Of a DNA stretch of 64,000 nucleotides, positions 1-14,006 are shown in pieces. How positions within the stretch are numbered: the stretch's first letter is position 1; the number at the start of each line of letters is the position of its first letter. The stretch is taken from assembly GCA_035221665.1 (NCBI GenBank), contig CM069132.1:163680001-163744000 (forward strand). Direction: 5' to 3'. The notes under the pieces were generated by a model, which saw only the letters and a list, made by a program, of their open reading frames with translations, searched no databases and was not told the origin of the DNA. The stretch is from Okamejei kenojei (lineage: Eukaryota). The position numbers and the translations under genes were made by a program.

Positions 1-1744
1 TATTCGATTCCTCTTGTTATAAAGGCCAACATGCCATTCGCTTTCTTCACTGCCTGCTGTACCTGCATGCTTACTTTTATAGACTGATGTGCAAGGACCC
101 CCAGATCCCGTTGTACTTCCCCTTTTCCCAACTTGACATCCATTTAGATAGCAATCTTACCTTCCTGTTTTTGCTACCAAAGTGGATAACCTCACATTTA
201 TCTGCATTAAACTTCATCTGCCTTGCATCTGCCCGCTCCCCCAACCTGTTCAAGTCACCCTGCATTTCATAGCATCTTCCTCACAGTTCACACTGCCACC
301 CAGCTTTATGTCATCTGCAAACTTGCTAATGTTACTTTGAATCCCTTCATCCAAATCATTGATATATAATGTAAAATAGCTGCGGTCCCAGCACTGAGCC
401 TTGCGGTTACCCCACTAGTCACTGCCTGCCATTCTGAAAGGGACCCGTTTAATCCCTACTCTTTGTTTCCTGTCTGCAACCACTTCTCTATCCATGTCGG
501 CACTCTACCCCCAATACATGTTGCCCTAGTTTTGCCCACTAATTCCTATGTGGGACCTTATCAAATGCTTTCTGAAAGTCCAGGTTACCCCTACACACCC
601 ACTGGCTCTCCCTTGTCCATGTTTCGTTAGTTACATCTTCAAAAAAATTCCAGAAGATTAGTCAAGCATGATTTCCCTTCGTAAATCCATGCTGACTCGG
701 ACCGATCCTGTTACAGCTATCCAAAATGTTCGGCTATTTCATCTATTTCTATCCAACACATTTCCTGCTAATATGGATTTCCTTCAGTTCTCCGTCACCC
801 CAGATCTCTGGCCACTGCTATATCAGGAAGATTGTTTGTGTCTCCTTAGTGAACACAGATCCAAGTACTTGTTCAACTCATCTGCCCATTTTCTTGTTCC
901 CCATAATAAATTCACCTTTTTTGGTCTTCAAGGGTCCAACTTTGGTCTTAATTAATTTGTTCTTCTTCACATACCTAAAGAAGGTTTTACTATCCTGCTT
1001 TATATTTCTTGGCTAGCTTACCTTCATACCTCATCTTTTCTCCCCGTATTGTCTTTTCAGTTATGTTCTGTTGTTCTTTAAAACATTACGCAATCCTCTT
1101 GCTTCCTGCTTATCTTTGCTACGTTGTACTTCTTTACTTTAATCTTTATACTGTCCCTGACGTCCCTTGTCAGCCATGGTCATCCCTTTCTCCCCTTGGA
1201 ATCCTTCTTCCTCTAGGAATGAACTGATCCTGCACCTTCTGTATTATTCCTAGAAACACCTGCCATTTTTGTTCCACTGTCCATCCCTCCTAGTGTATAT
1301 TTCCAGTCAACTTTGACCAGCTCCTTCCTCATGGCCCTTAGTCCCCTTTATTCAACTGCAACAATGACACCTCCGATCTACCCTTCTCCCTCTCCATTTG
1401 TAGATTAAACCTAACCATGTTATGGTCACTGCCTCCTAAATTAACCTTGAGGTTCTTTATCAAAATCCAGTTCATTACATAGCACTAAATCCAGAATTGC
1501 CTTCTCCCTGGTAAGGCTCCAATACAAGCTTTTCAACGAATCCATCACGAAGGCACTCCACAAAGTCCCTTTCTTGGGGTCCAATACCAACCTGATTTTC
1601 CCCCAGTCCACCTGCATGTAGAAATCTCCCATAACAACCACAGCATTCCTTTTGCTACATGCCAATTTAAACTCCTGCTTCAAATTGCACCCTATGTCCA
1701 GGCTACTGTTTGGGGGCCTGTAGATTAGTCCCCCACTAGGGTCT
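1..1744 (-). mobile_element. CR1-clade LINE (HER1-like), ORF2 EN/RT fragment, runs off the left edge
   Basis: Minus-strand peptides VVVMGDFY.., ILDLVLCNE and QMKFNADKCEVIHFGSKN. Confidence 0.9.
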
Positions 1745-3470
1745 ACATACCAAGACGGACTTCTTATAGGGGGGCTTCTATCCTCCTCTCTAGGTTCTAC
1801 AGAATTGGGGGTACCCTTCGCATTCGGATTACTTTTCACCAAGTATATCTGGTTTCCATCTCTCAGGTACTCTTCATTATCAGGTACTAATCAACAATCG
1901 ACTGGAGGGTGACTATTCACTGTTGATCAGCCGCTATTCGGAATCGATCACGGGCATGCACCAACTCCGAAGTTCTATCTACAAGAATTCAAGTTTCTAC
2001 CTTGGGGCAGAACTTCAATGTGAAATTCTGTCATTTAGACATTTGACTCTACAAATCTAGACCGTTCTCGAACTCCTAGTTACTATTCGGAGTCACGTGA
2101 GTGACTACGTGAAGAAGCCCGCTGGAGCTTGATGGCATGTACGTCGACGTGACAGCAGAGCAAGGAGCTGCAGAGCGCAGCTCCTCTCAGCGGTAGGTAC
2201 GAGCCCGCAGGTAAGTATAGTTGACATTACTTTACAGGGATATCCAACTCTGTGCTGGCGTATAGAGCACCAGGAGTTAAAAAGAAAACAGAATTTAAAA
2301 GCTAAAAATAAAAGTAAATATCCGGGTGAAAAAACGGAGATTAAAAGTTTAAAAAAAAGAAAATACTCCGGGTGAATACGGAGTTTAAAAGTTAAAAAGA
2401 AAAGTAAGTATGGGGGGAAAAATGGAGTTTTAAAGTTAAAAAGAAAAGAAAATACTCTGGGTGAAAAACGGTTTAAAAAAAAGCGTCCCAGGGAAAAACT
2501 CAGCGATCGGGACTGCAGATTAGTGCGGAGCCGGTTTCCGATACGGTGCTGTTAAAGTTAACCGTTAGGGAGACTTTAGTTGTTCCACAAACTTTTGGCT
2601 ATGAGAAAAACTCCAGTGGGGAGAAATTTTAAGAAGTTAGAGAGGCCATGATTTAAAAGTTCTAATAAAAAAGGCCTCCAGACAAAAAAGCTTCATGGCT
2701 TAGAATAAATTAATGGAGAAAGACTCCAAATTAAAAATTCAACCAAAGCGTTTAAAAATGGCCCAGAATATTCCCAAAAACAGACCTGAGGGGTTTCCAT
2801 ATATTAATATATATGGTGGGATTTACCAATGTGGGAATATCTACCTCAGATTGATTTGGAGGTAGTCTCCTTGAGGAAAAACTCAGGAGTAGCAGGGCAG
2901 TAAAAGAAAATGAAAAAAAACTGACATGAAGGGTATAGTTTTGAGTTTGAAGGTGCATTGATATTGGTGGTGGTCATAAAGTACCACCACAGCAAAAAAT
3001 ATGCATACAGTGTACTAAGTACGATACTGAATGATGGAGTGAGGCCATGGAAGGGACCATGGTAACCAACATTAATTGGTATTCACAGTTCATAAAGCAG
3101 TTATGGTTGAAACAGCAAAGTTATTGATCTGGACTAAAACATTTATGTTTTATTAAGGTATCAACGGTGAATCCGATACAGTACCATGTCTCAATTATAT
3201 GGGAATAAGGAAATACGATTTCAAACAATTTCAAGCTGGTGTGTGGCATCAACTATTTATGTAAAAACAAGTAAAAATGTGCAAATAACCAAAACATTTT
3301 AAATAAAAAGACCAAATTGCCATTAGTTTGTGGAGCTCAATGGGATAAAAATATATTATATATATTTATATAATTATATTATATATATTATATATATATA
3401 AATATTATATTATGACATTTTTGAACTGTAGATTTGCAGGTAATACAGAATCAAGTTATGTTAAACTCTG

Positions 3471-6400
3471 ATTTTTTACTTCGGAGTCAGTGAGTGATAC
3501 GTGAAGAAGCGCCTCACGCTGGCAACGGTCATGACGTCAACGTGACGGCGACAGGAGGAGCTGCGGTAAGGAGAAGATCCTCGCAGCGGTCGGAACGGCC
3601 CCGCAGGGTAAGTGAAATCATATTGGGCGTTTTAGGTTACGCTGGGTAGCCCCCAGCATTGAAAGTACGGAAAAAAATTAGACGTTAGAGTGCTGTTTGA
3701 GCACAAAAAGTTAACTTAAAATTGGAGAAAGAGAATCGGGGAAGAAGGTTTCGCGGGTTAAGAAAGTCCCGGGGTGAAAATAAAGATACGGGACGCGAAA
3801 CTAGAGTGGACCCGGTTCCGATACCGCTGGCCACTGATTGACCCGATATACAATTTCAGATTCTCAGAAATGATAAACACGGAGGAATTTGTTTCCTAAA
3901 TAAAGTAAAAAAAGAAAACTGTGAGGCCCGTGGTTTCTGATGATTCTGATTATGAAAGACCTCCAGACAATAAAAGTATGTGGCTAAAATGGAGCATATG
4001 GTGAAAGGTTCCAAATATGTATGAGACAAGGGTCAAGTACCATATGAATCCCAAAAAATCCCTATGGGGTTTGAATATGATGAATATGGCTGTGGGGCCA
4101 AGTTGGGATTTTGATTAATATCCGGACCCACGAGTTGGGTGGAAGAAGTCTAATGGGATAATATCCCGATGGATTTAGGGCTGCAGAAGGCAGACCCTGC
4201 TGATGATGAAATGGCTTTTGAAAGCACGCCACAAAGTAAAAGAAAAGGTGATGTGCCTGGGATAGCAACAGAGTTTGCTATTACCTAAAGGAGTGGTGAG
4301 GATAGGACAATATTAATTATATGGTATATCTCACCAACTTCACAATTCTGTGATGAATGAATTATCAGAATTATAAAGCACCAGGCAATTGTGCCTTATT
4401 GGAAGTGCCTACGGTGATCGATGGTTATGGGCATTTGACTCCGAGTATGAGAGCCAAAAAGTGAAAATTAAAAGGTTGCTAAAATTATCTGCTGCCATTA
4501 CAGATATGGCAGGCAAATGGAGAATCTGGAAATGGTTTTTAGATTCATTAAGATACTTTGGGCTTATTATGCAATTCATTTTTATGAAACTACAATGGCA
4601 TGAGGGAAAAATGGCGATTCGGCCATATTTCACCCTAGATTTGCAAGCCATAGTGGTTGTGCAAAAAGTGGAGTTCAAGCTCCTGGGTATTTGTTTGCTA
4701 AGAAAATCTGCCGAAACAGCTGAAACAGTTGGATGAAAAAGCTAAATATTTTTAGCATATTAAGCCTTTTGTCTTTGGACAAAGAGAGGGTTTGGCCAAA
4801 GGGGTTTGATTTTCGGTATAAAGGCAGATATTTGTCATGAAAATATTATGTAGCTATGCAGGCTAGTGCTTCCCTGCATTCGGGAAGGAGGAGACCATTA
4901 CGCTCTATGGAGAGGTATTAAAGACTTCTATCCTTAAAGAAACTGTGATGAATCTCCAGTTGGAGGGAGATTGCAAAGTTTTATAATGCCTGGTTAATAT
5001 CACTTCTGATATTTTTATATTACAAGCAGTTTCGGGAGCGTATTATTGTTTTTTGAAGGGGTCAATCCTCCTGTACAGAATAAACTGCTTATGTTATGTG
5101 TTTTCTGCAGAAGAAAGAATGCAGATTAATGTGGAAATTGACCAAATTATCGGTTAAAGGGGTAATTGAAAAAACTTGTGAACATTAGCATCAATTTGTC
5201 TCTATTTCGCAGAGATAAGAAAGATGTGGTTGTAGAATGTTCTCGACCTTACGGATTTGAATAAGTTTGTAGAATACAAAACATTTTAAGATGGAGACAT
5301 TTAATACTGCAAAATATTTGATTTCAGCAGGTTGCTATATGGCTAAGATTGAATTGAAAGACGCCTTTATTCTGTGGCAATTCATCATCTCTTTCGGAGC
5401 ATACTTTAAAGTTTTATTTGGTAGGGACTTTTTGTGGCAGTTAAAGCTTTACCAAATGGATTGAGTTCGGCTCCTAGACTCTTTACAAAACTGTTGGAAC
5501 CAGTTTTTAGTCAATTAAGAGCACAGAAACACATTGTAATGGCTTATCTGGATGATATTCTAATCATTAACGATAGTCAAGAGTCAGCTGAGCACTCAGT
5601 TTCAGTAACTAAAGCTTTGTGTTGAACAGCTTGGATTGTTAATCCATCCATTAAGTCCAGCTGCAGCAGTTCAATCAATTAACTTTTGGGGTTTGTATTA
5701 ACTCAGTAACTATGTTAGTTACTTTGCCAATAGAGAGGCAAATGATATTTTGCAAATGTGTAATTAACCTTATTCACAAACCTTTTCCCTCATCCGAGAA
5801 GTGGGAAAAAGCCATTGGTAAACTGGTGGCAGCATTTCGGCAGTGGAATTTGGGCCATTACATTATCAAAAATCTTCCAAAGGGACAAAATTAAGGCTCT
5901 GTAGATATGGCAGGTCACTTTGACAGACCTATGCAATTAACAAGAAAGCAGTATTGAAATTGCAATGGTGGATTGAGAATGTCCCAAAAACTGTTAAGAA
6001 TATCATGATTAAACAGCTGAAATGGTTTTACAAACAGATGCTAGTGCTCTCGGATGGGGGGGCTACAGATTTATCCTCAGTTTGTGGGGGTAGATGGAAA
6101 GCTGAAGAAGAAGTGTTCCTTCAAGAATATGGTATAAACTATTTGGAATTATTGGGGGGCCTTTTATGGGCTTAAAGCATGTTTGTTGTACTAAACAAGG
6201 TCTACATGTGTTAATACAGTTAGACAATTATACGGATGTGGCTTACATTAATCACATGGGGGGAGTTAAATCAGTATCATGTGATTGTTGGTCAACGAGA
6301 TATGCATATGATGTATTGGTCGGCAGATATGATTCCAGCAAGCAACACTCCAGGTAAAGATAATGTTGGTAGCAAATGAGAGGTCCAGGATTTTTAAAGA

Positions 6401-8378
6401 TAATACGGAGTGGATGTTTAAGCCAGCATTATTTAAGAATATTGTTAGCCGATTTTTGGGTTGCCAGAAATTGATTTGTTTGCGTCTAGGCTTAATCATT
6501 AATTGCCTCATTATGTGTCTTGGGAACACGATCCGGACGCAGTTGCAATAGATGCTTTTTCATTTCATTGGGGAAAGATGTTCTTTTATGTTTTTCCACC
6601 ATTTGCTCTGATTCAGAGATGCTTGAAAGAAAACAGAGCAAGATTCAGCTTCCGGATTGTTGGTGGTTCCAAAATTGGCCAACTCAACCTTGGTTCCCAG
6701 TTATGCTGAATAATGATTACAGAACCGTGTATACAGATTACCTAATTGTAGTGATATCTTGACTAATCCAGTGACTAATGAAAATTATCCATTGTATGCA
6801 TATATGAATTTGTTAATCTGCAGGGTTTGACCAGACCATTACAGGAACTGGGATTGTCGGACTAAACTATGGAAGTTATTGGTGCATCATGGCGAAATAG
6901 CAACAAAAGCAATATATGACACATGTTAAGAAATGGGAAGAATATTGCACACAGTCAAATATTTCTGATGATTCTGTAAATGTTACTTAATGTTTTGGAA
7001 TCCTTGCTAATTTGCACTTTGAGCAACATTTAAGTTACAGTGCCATTAACACTGCTCGCAGTGCCTTGTTGTCTATTTTAGGACTTATGACTGATCAGAA
7101 ATTAATTGGGTCGCATCCATTGATATCACGATTCATGAAAGGGATTTTTTACATGAATCCGCCAAAAACCTAGATATTCTGAAATTTGGGATTGAGCATT
7201 GTACTGACTCTACTAAGAGAATGGACTCCAATTGAAGGGTTACCATTGGATAAGTTGACATTGAAATTGGTCATATTAATGTCACTGGTTTCAGCTCAAA
7301 GAGTGCAAACTTTACAAATGTTGCGTTTAGACTGTATGCATGTGACTACAGATAACTTTGTGTTTTATGTTTACGATCTGATTAAGCAAAGTAGACCAGG
7401 GAGGTCTGGAACAAAGGTAACCTTTCAAGCTTATCTATTGAGCCTGCTTTGTGTGTGGTTAGACATTTGAACCAATATATTAAAGTTACGGACACTTTTC
7501 GAGGAAATGAAAAGACATTACTGCTGCGCACAAAAAGCCACACACAAAAGCTTCAGTTCAAACTATCTCAAAATGGTTGAAACAGGTATTGGTTTTAGTG
7601 GGTGTGGACACTGATGTCTTCAAATCTCACTCCACCATGGCAGCTACGTCCGCGGCGAAGGGGCGGGACGTACCTTTCAAGCATATTTTTTAAATATCGC
7701 AGGTGGAGTAAAGAAGGAACTTTTTCAAGTTCTACAACAAACCTGTTCACACTATGACAAGCTTTGGACACGCGGTGTTGGGAGCACTATAATCACCTGC
7801 TTTGTTTGCTATTAATTGCTATTAATTGCTATAATAAGTTGTGTAGTCACTGATATCTTTTGTCACTTGTAATCATTTCCTCAAATATAAGGAGGGTATT
7901 ATATGGTCTTTCAACCATTAAAAAAGTTAATTGTGAAAAGATCTAACATTTGTCTGCTTTCTCATGTATGTGTTTTACTTAGCCGGACTGTCGTACGGAT
8001 TAATTCTACGACATAAAAAACACAGAAAGCTTTAAAAATCTTCACGTAGTCACTCACGTGACTCCGAAGTAAAATAGTAAGATTAAACGAGAAACTCACC
8101 TGTTCGAAGTTTGATCGTTATTTTACGAGGAGTTACGATGAGGGATTACGTGCCCTCCACTCCCACCCTCGTAAAATAAATGATCAAATGGTAGTTCTAA
8201 GTCTTTTTATGAGCCTTACTATGTTACTCCGGCTTTGGTGTTCTGTGTTTTTCATTCCGCTGCTTTGAAGTATGCCGTTGCCAGCGTGAGGCGGGCTCTT
8301 CACGTAATCCTCATCGTAACTCCTCGTAAAATAACGATCAAACTTCGAACAGGTGAGTTCTCGTTTAATCTTACTATT
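3471..8378 (+). mobile_element. Inner DIRS1-type retrotransposon (gag, RT/RNaseH/MT, tyrosine recombinase), nested in the outer DIRS
   Basis: Left ITR gtgaagaagcgcctcacgctggcaacgg and right ITR ccgttgccagcgtgaggcgggctcttcac (about 8275-8303). ICR at 8040-8152. RT LPNGLSSAPRLFTK..MAYLDDILI; RNaseH IQLDNYT.VAYINHMGG; MT YVFPPF; YR KLVILMSLVSAQRVQTL and FKSHST. ATT at both junctions. Confidence 0.93.
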
Positions 8379-9716
8379 ATTTATGGAATAAACCTGCCTC
8401 AGAATAAATCAAAGACATTGATTACAAAGGAAAGACTATTGGTCATTAAACTTTGGCAAAATTATGATCCAATGTAAAGATTTGATAATGGATCAAACAG
8501 AGGCAGGAGTATGATAAATAAATATTTATCCAACACAGCCTTATGTGAACCCATATGGTTGGGGAGAGAAGGCTTCATGTACATTTGAAGAGGTGCAAAA
8601 ACTTGTTACAGAAGAAGTTGATGAAATCTCCAATTGTGGGAGATTACAGGTGTGTTATGATCAATGATATGGCATAACAACGGATTGATTTTTTTTTTTA
8701 ATGTGTAAAGGATCTACAAAAATTTGTAGAAGGAATGGTTCACCTGTATAGGAAAACCTAAAAATTGATTTTAGGTTTGCACCAAAATATCTCCATATAA
8801 AGAAGAGGTAAGCTAATTTGTATCATAAATTTTCCCCAGGGAAAAGAAGATGTGGTGGTAAAGCCATACGAGACATCATTTTAAATACACTTTTACAGTG
8901 TAAAAACATTTTATCAAAATGGAAATCTTCAACACTGAAAAACAGTTGTTATTAACAAATTGTTAATCATTACTATAAGACTTGAAGGATGGTATTTAGT
9001 ACCAATTTATTATCATATTTACAGGTGCTTGAAATTAATTAGATGGGTCAGCTGTTGCAAGTTAAGACATTGTCTAATGGATTAAACTCAGTTCTAGGTT
9101 GTTCACACAATTATTGGAACAGCAATTGCACTGATAGAAGATCAGCACTTGCACTAATGAGGACACATGGTCATGGTTTATCTTGATCACATTTTTGGTT
9201 CACAGGTTGATCAGGAGTCAGCTGCAAATTAGTGCAGCAATTACAAGCCTGTTGAGAGGCAAGGGTCCTGACCCATCCAATAAAAACTATGTTTTAGGCA
9301 TTCCTAAACATTCCTAAATTACTATTCTGGGTTTAGGAGTAATTCAGCACCATATGGGGGAAAACATTTTTCCGAGAAACAAAATGTCAATATTACAAAT
9401 ATGTCTCATTGCTTTGTTGACAAACTTTGTCCCTCCATCCGAGAAGGCGCTTAGGTAAAAGAGAAAAAAAAAAGCTCCAAAAAAGGGAAAACATAAGCAT
9501 TATAAGAGTATGCAGGCCTTTTTGACAGGCCTATGCAATTACCAAAGGATACTTTATCAGAATTAAAGTGGTGGATAGAAAAGGTTCCACAAGCTGCTTA
9601 AAACATATAAGCTTAGCAGCCGTTGCAAACTGAAGCAAGTATTCTCGGGTGATGGATAGCTTCTGTGATTATTTGGGCTAAGATATGTATAATATCTATT
9701 CTTATCAAGTTAATAT

Positions 9717-12700
9717 TTGATTCAATTCAATTCAAATTTAATGTCATTGCACAGATACAAGTATGGGTACAACGAAATGCAGTTTAGTGTCAGTACGTAG
9801 TGATAGCAATGTTTAGATAAATACAGATAAATAAATACAGATGTGGGAATCTATCGGCGGGACTCCGAGTTCAGCAGTGCGATGGTGTTATTGTAGAAGC
9901 TACGCCTCATCCTGCTGGTGTGGGACCTGAGGCTCCTGTACCGCCTCCCCGATGGTAGGAGGGCAAACAGTCCATGGTTAGGGTGGGGAGGGGTCCTTGA
10001 TGATCTTCCAGCCGTCTCAGACACCGTTTTTCGGTGGAGGGCATCCAAAGCAGGGAGCGGGGCACCGATGATGTGATGGGCAGTTTTCCCCACCTGTTGT
10101 AGTGCTTCCTGTCTGCTACGGGTGCAACTGCTGTACCATACCGTAAAGCAGGTGGTCAGGATGCTTTTGATGGTACAGCGGTAGAAGTGGTCAGGATCAG
10201 GGGGGACAGGTGTGCTTTTTTGAGCCTCCTCAGGAAGTAAAGGCGCTGCTGAGCCTTTTTGACCAGCTTTGGAGGTGTTGAGGGACCAGGACAGATCCTC
10301 CGAGATGTGTACCCGAGGAATTTGTAGTTGGAGACCGCTCCACCTCAGTCCCGTTTATATGGATGGGGGTGTGTCTGCCCCTCTGATCTTCCTGAAGTCG
10401 ACAATGATCTCCTTCGTCTTTTGGGAGTTGAGGACGAGGTTGTTATTGGCACACCAGGTTGTCAGGTGCTGGACCTCCTCCCTGTGGAGGGACTCGTCGT
10501 TATCGCTGATCAGTCCTACCACCGTGGTGTCATCGGCAAATTTTATGATGGCGTTGGAGCTAAACTTAGGGATGCAGTCATGGGTGAAGAGAGAGTAGAG
10601 GAGAGGACTGAGCACACAGCCTGTGGCACGCCAGTGTTCAGTGTTATAGTGGGAGGAGGTGAGGTTGTTGATCCTAACAGACTGGGGTCTGTTAGTGAGG
10701 AAATCCAGTGTCAATTGCAGAGGGAAGTGGAGATGCCAAGACCGCTGAGTTTGGTGATCAAGCTAGCGGGTATGACAGTGTTAAAGGCGGAACTGAAGTC
10801 GATGAACAGCAGCCTGATGTAGGTGTTATTGCTGTCCAAGTGGGTCAGGGCAGAGTGTAGGGCCGCGATATGGCGTCTTCTGTTGACCTATTGGTCCGGT
10901 AGGCAAACTGATGGGGGTCCAGTGTGGGGGGGAGGCTGGCTTTGAGTTGGGCCAAGATCAGCCGCTCGAAGCACTTGGCGATGATGGGTGAGCACCATTG
11001 GCCGGAAATCGTTGAGACTCCCTGTCGCTGATTGTTTGGGCACTGGCACAATGGTAGATGTCTTGAGGCAAGTGGGGACGACACCCTGGGCCAGTGACAG
11101 ATTGAAGATGTCAGTGAGGACCAGGGATAGTTGTCCAGCACATGCCCTGAGCACCCGCCCGGGGATGCCATCAGGGCGGCAGCTTTGTGCTCATTCACCT
11201 TGCTCAGTGCATCTTGTACAGCAGAGGTGGAGAGATGAGGGGTTGTTCATGCGGGGGTGGAGCAACTTTGGATGGCTGGAGTTTTGTATGTCCGGTCGAA
11301 GCGGGCGTTAGAAATTGTTTATCTCGTCAGGAAGGGAGGCATTGTCTGGGGGGGGGGGGAGTGTTAACTTTATGGTAATCGGCAGTGGATTTGATTCCTT
11401 GCCACATGCGCCTTGGGTCAGAGTTATTTCGGAAATGCTCTCGATCCGCCGTTTGTGATTAAGGTTAGCATTCTAATTCCCTATTTCAGATTGGCCCTGG
11501 ATGAGCTGTAACCCTCAGCATCGCGCAGATTTAAAAGCGGCGTCGCAAGCTTCAGCAGGAGTCTGACCTCCCTGCTCATCCACGGCTTCTGGTTAGGGAA
11601 GGTCCTTATTACTTTGTGGGTAGTGACGTTGTCCGTGCCAGAATTTTATGTAGTCCAGAACGGTTGAGGGGTGTATAAGTTGATGTCACTTGGGAGTTGA
11701 AGGTGGCCTGGGTGGCAAACAGCCTCCAGTCTGTTTGCTGAAAACTGTTCCTGTAAGACAGAGATAGCCCCCTCAGGCCAGACCTTCACTGTCCTCACGG
11801 AAGGTTTCACACGTCTGATCAGAGGTGTGTATTTGGGAGCAGGATAGAGAGAGAGGTGGTCAGACTGTCCCAGGTGGGGGAGGGGGAGGGCTTTGTATGC
11901 TTCAGTAATGTTGGTGAATACTAGGTCCAGAGTCTTGTTACCTCTGGTTGGGCAGGAGACATGTTGGTGGAATCTGGGGAGTACAAGTTTTTAAGGTTAG
12001 AGTGTGTTTTAAATCACCTGCAGCACTAAAGGCCCTCGGGGTGTGCAGTTAGTTGTTGCTGATAGCAGCTTGCAGCTCCTCCATTTGCTAGCCTGGCATT
12101 AGCGTCTGGGGGGGTACATAGACAGCAGTGATTAACAATCGATGTAAATTCCCTGGGCAGGTAGAAGGGCCTGCACTTTATCATCAGGTATTCCAGGTCA
12201 GCAGAGCAGTGTTACCAATCCTGACAGCGTCTGTTACACCATGACTTATTCACATAAATGCACAGTCCGCCGCCCTTGGTCTTACCGGAGTCCTCCGCTG
12301 TTCTATCGGCCCTGAAGACAGTGCGCCCCTCCAGCTCGATGGTGTTGTACGGGATGTTGTCGGTGAGCCATGTTTCGGTGAAGACCATGGCATTGCAGTC
12401 GGCGATCCGGTTGTGTGTGGTGATCCGCAGCCGCAGTTCATCGATTTTTACTCACCAGGGACCGGACATTCGCGAGGAAAATGCTGGGCAGAGCTGGCCT
12501 GGTGCGTGGTTTGATCTCAGCCTCGCTCGATGGCCTCCGCGCTTCCCACGTCTTTGTTTGCGGTCCCCTGCGCGCCGCTCCGGGCACTTCCTGTCGGGGG
12601 AGCTGACCCGCTAGACCCCGGTGTCCTGCGATCTCCGGCGGCAGTTGAATGTCGCTTCTGGGGCTCGTTACGTGGAGACGGCCCGAGCTCCAGTAGCTCT

Positions 12701-12850
12701 GACGGCACCCCCCCCGTACAAAGTCTTCGCTCGAGTGCTCCGGGCGAAAACTAAGTTAATTATTAACAGAACAAAAAATAAATTGCTAAAACTACGGAGA
12801 CACAGAGCTCGCGTTGTGCACGCGACGCCATACTCTCCTCTACGCCTCTC
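9717..12850 (-). mobile_element. Rex1/Babar-type LINE, near full length, inserted in the outer DIRS
   Basis: EN motifs FTETWL and LMIKCRPFYLPREFT; [19 protein letters not shown] and IIKFADDTTVVGLI; C-terminus LLPSGRRYRSL; (TTGAA)n 3' tail at about 9717-9735. Confidence 0.9.
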
Positions 12851-13935
12851 TCCTCCTCTCCCTCCCCTCTCAATTGTTTAGGTGGGGACTACGGACAATA
12901 ACACCAGGGAATTGCAAATTGGATTGTCCTAAGTAAACTTTTTTCTCCAAACATTTGTATTAACTATTGGAGTATCAGGAGCTTTTTATGGATTAAATGC
13001 CTATTGTTTACTATGAAAGTGTGCATGTCCAATCAGGTGAACAATACCACAGCTGTGGCATATATCGAATCCTCACATGGGTTCAAGTAAGATCATAATC
13101 AAGTGATTATCTGGGTAACCAGATGTGGCGTATTCTAAAAATGTTTTAGTTCAGCTGTTTTTCTCTAAGGGAGGAAGGAGACAGAGGACAATGTTGTCGC
13201 AGACAACAAATCAGGCGGAAAAATTGTCAGAAATGGATTACTTACCATTAATCTGTTTGTGGTCCAGATTAAATCACCGATTGCTCAATTTTCTCGTGGG
13301 AAAACCGGGAGCAGGAGCGGTGGATGCATTTTGCTAAATTACATGAGGAAAGATGTTCTTTTATGTTCCTCATTCTGTCTGATAGGGCAGTGTCTGATGA
13401 AAAGTAGCAGGACGCTGCAGGGGCGCTTTGGTGGCCCAAACCGGACTGTCATGGTTCTCATTAATGTTGAGAGTGATGTTTTGAACCAGTTATGATGACT
13501 CATAGTTGCAGTAATTTATTGTTGTACAAATTCATCCATGGCACGAAGATATGATATTTGGCTATCTGTAGGTTTGACCAGACCACTATAACAGTTTGAT
13601 GAGGTCAAAGAGGTCTATGAATGTTTTAATAAATATAGAATTATAACAATTATGTACAAAAGGAATGTTATACCTGCAATTTGGAGAAATAGCATTAAAA
13701 AAAAAACAATATTTTGTTTTTTTATAAGAAATTGAAAGTCTTTTGCAGACAATAAAAGTTATTTTATCATTTTAGATATATGGGGAGTTCCTTGTGGATT
13801 TGCATTTTTTCTCAGCATCTAAGTGACAGGGCCATTATAATAGGGCTCATAGTGTTTATTCGTCCTATTTAGGACAAATTGCTGACCAAGAATTTATCGG
13901 GACTGATCCGTAATAATTCCCAATATGTAAAAGGG

Positions 13936-14006
<71 letters not shown>

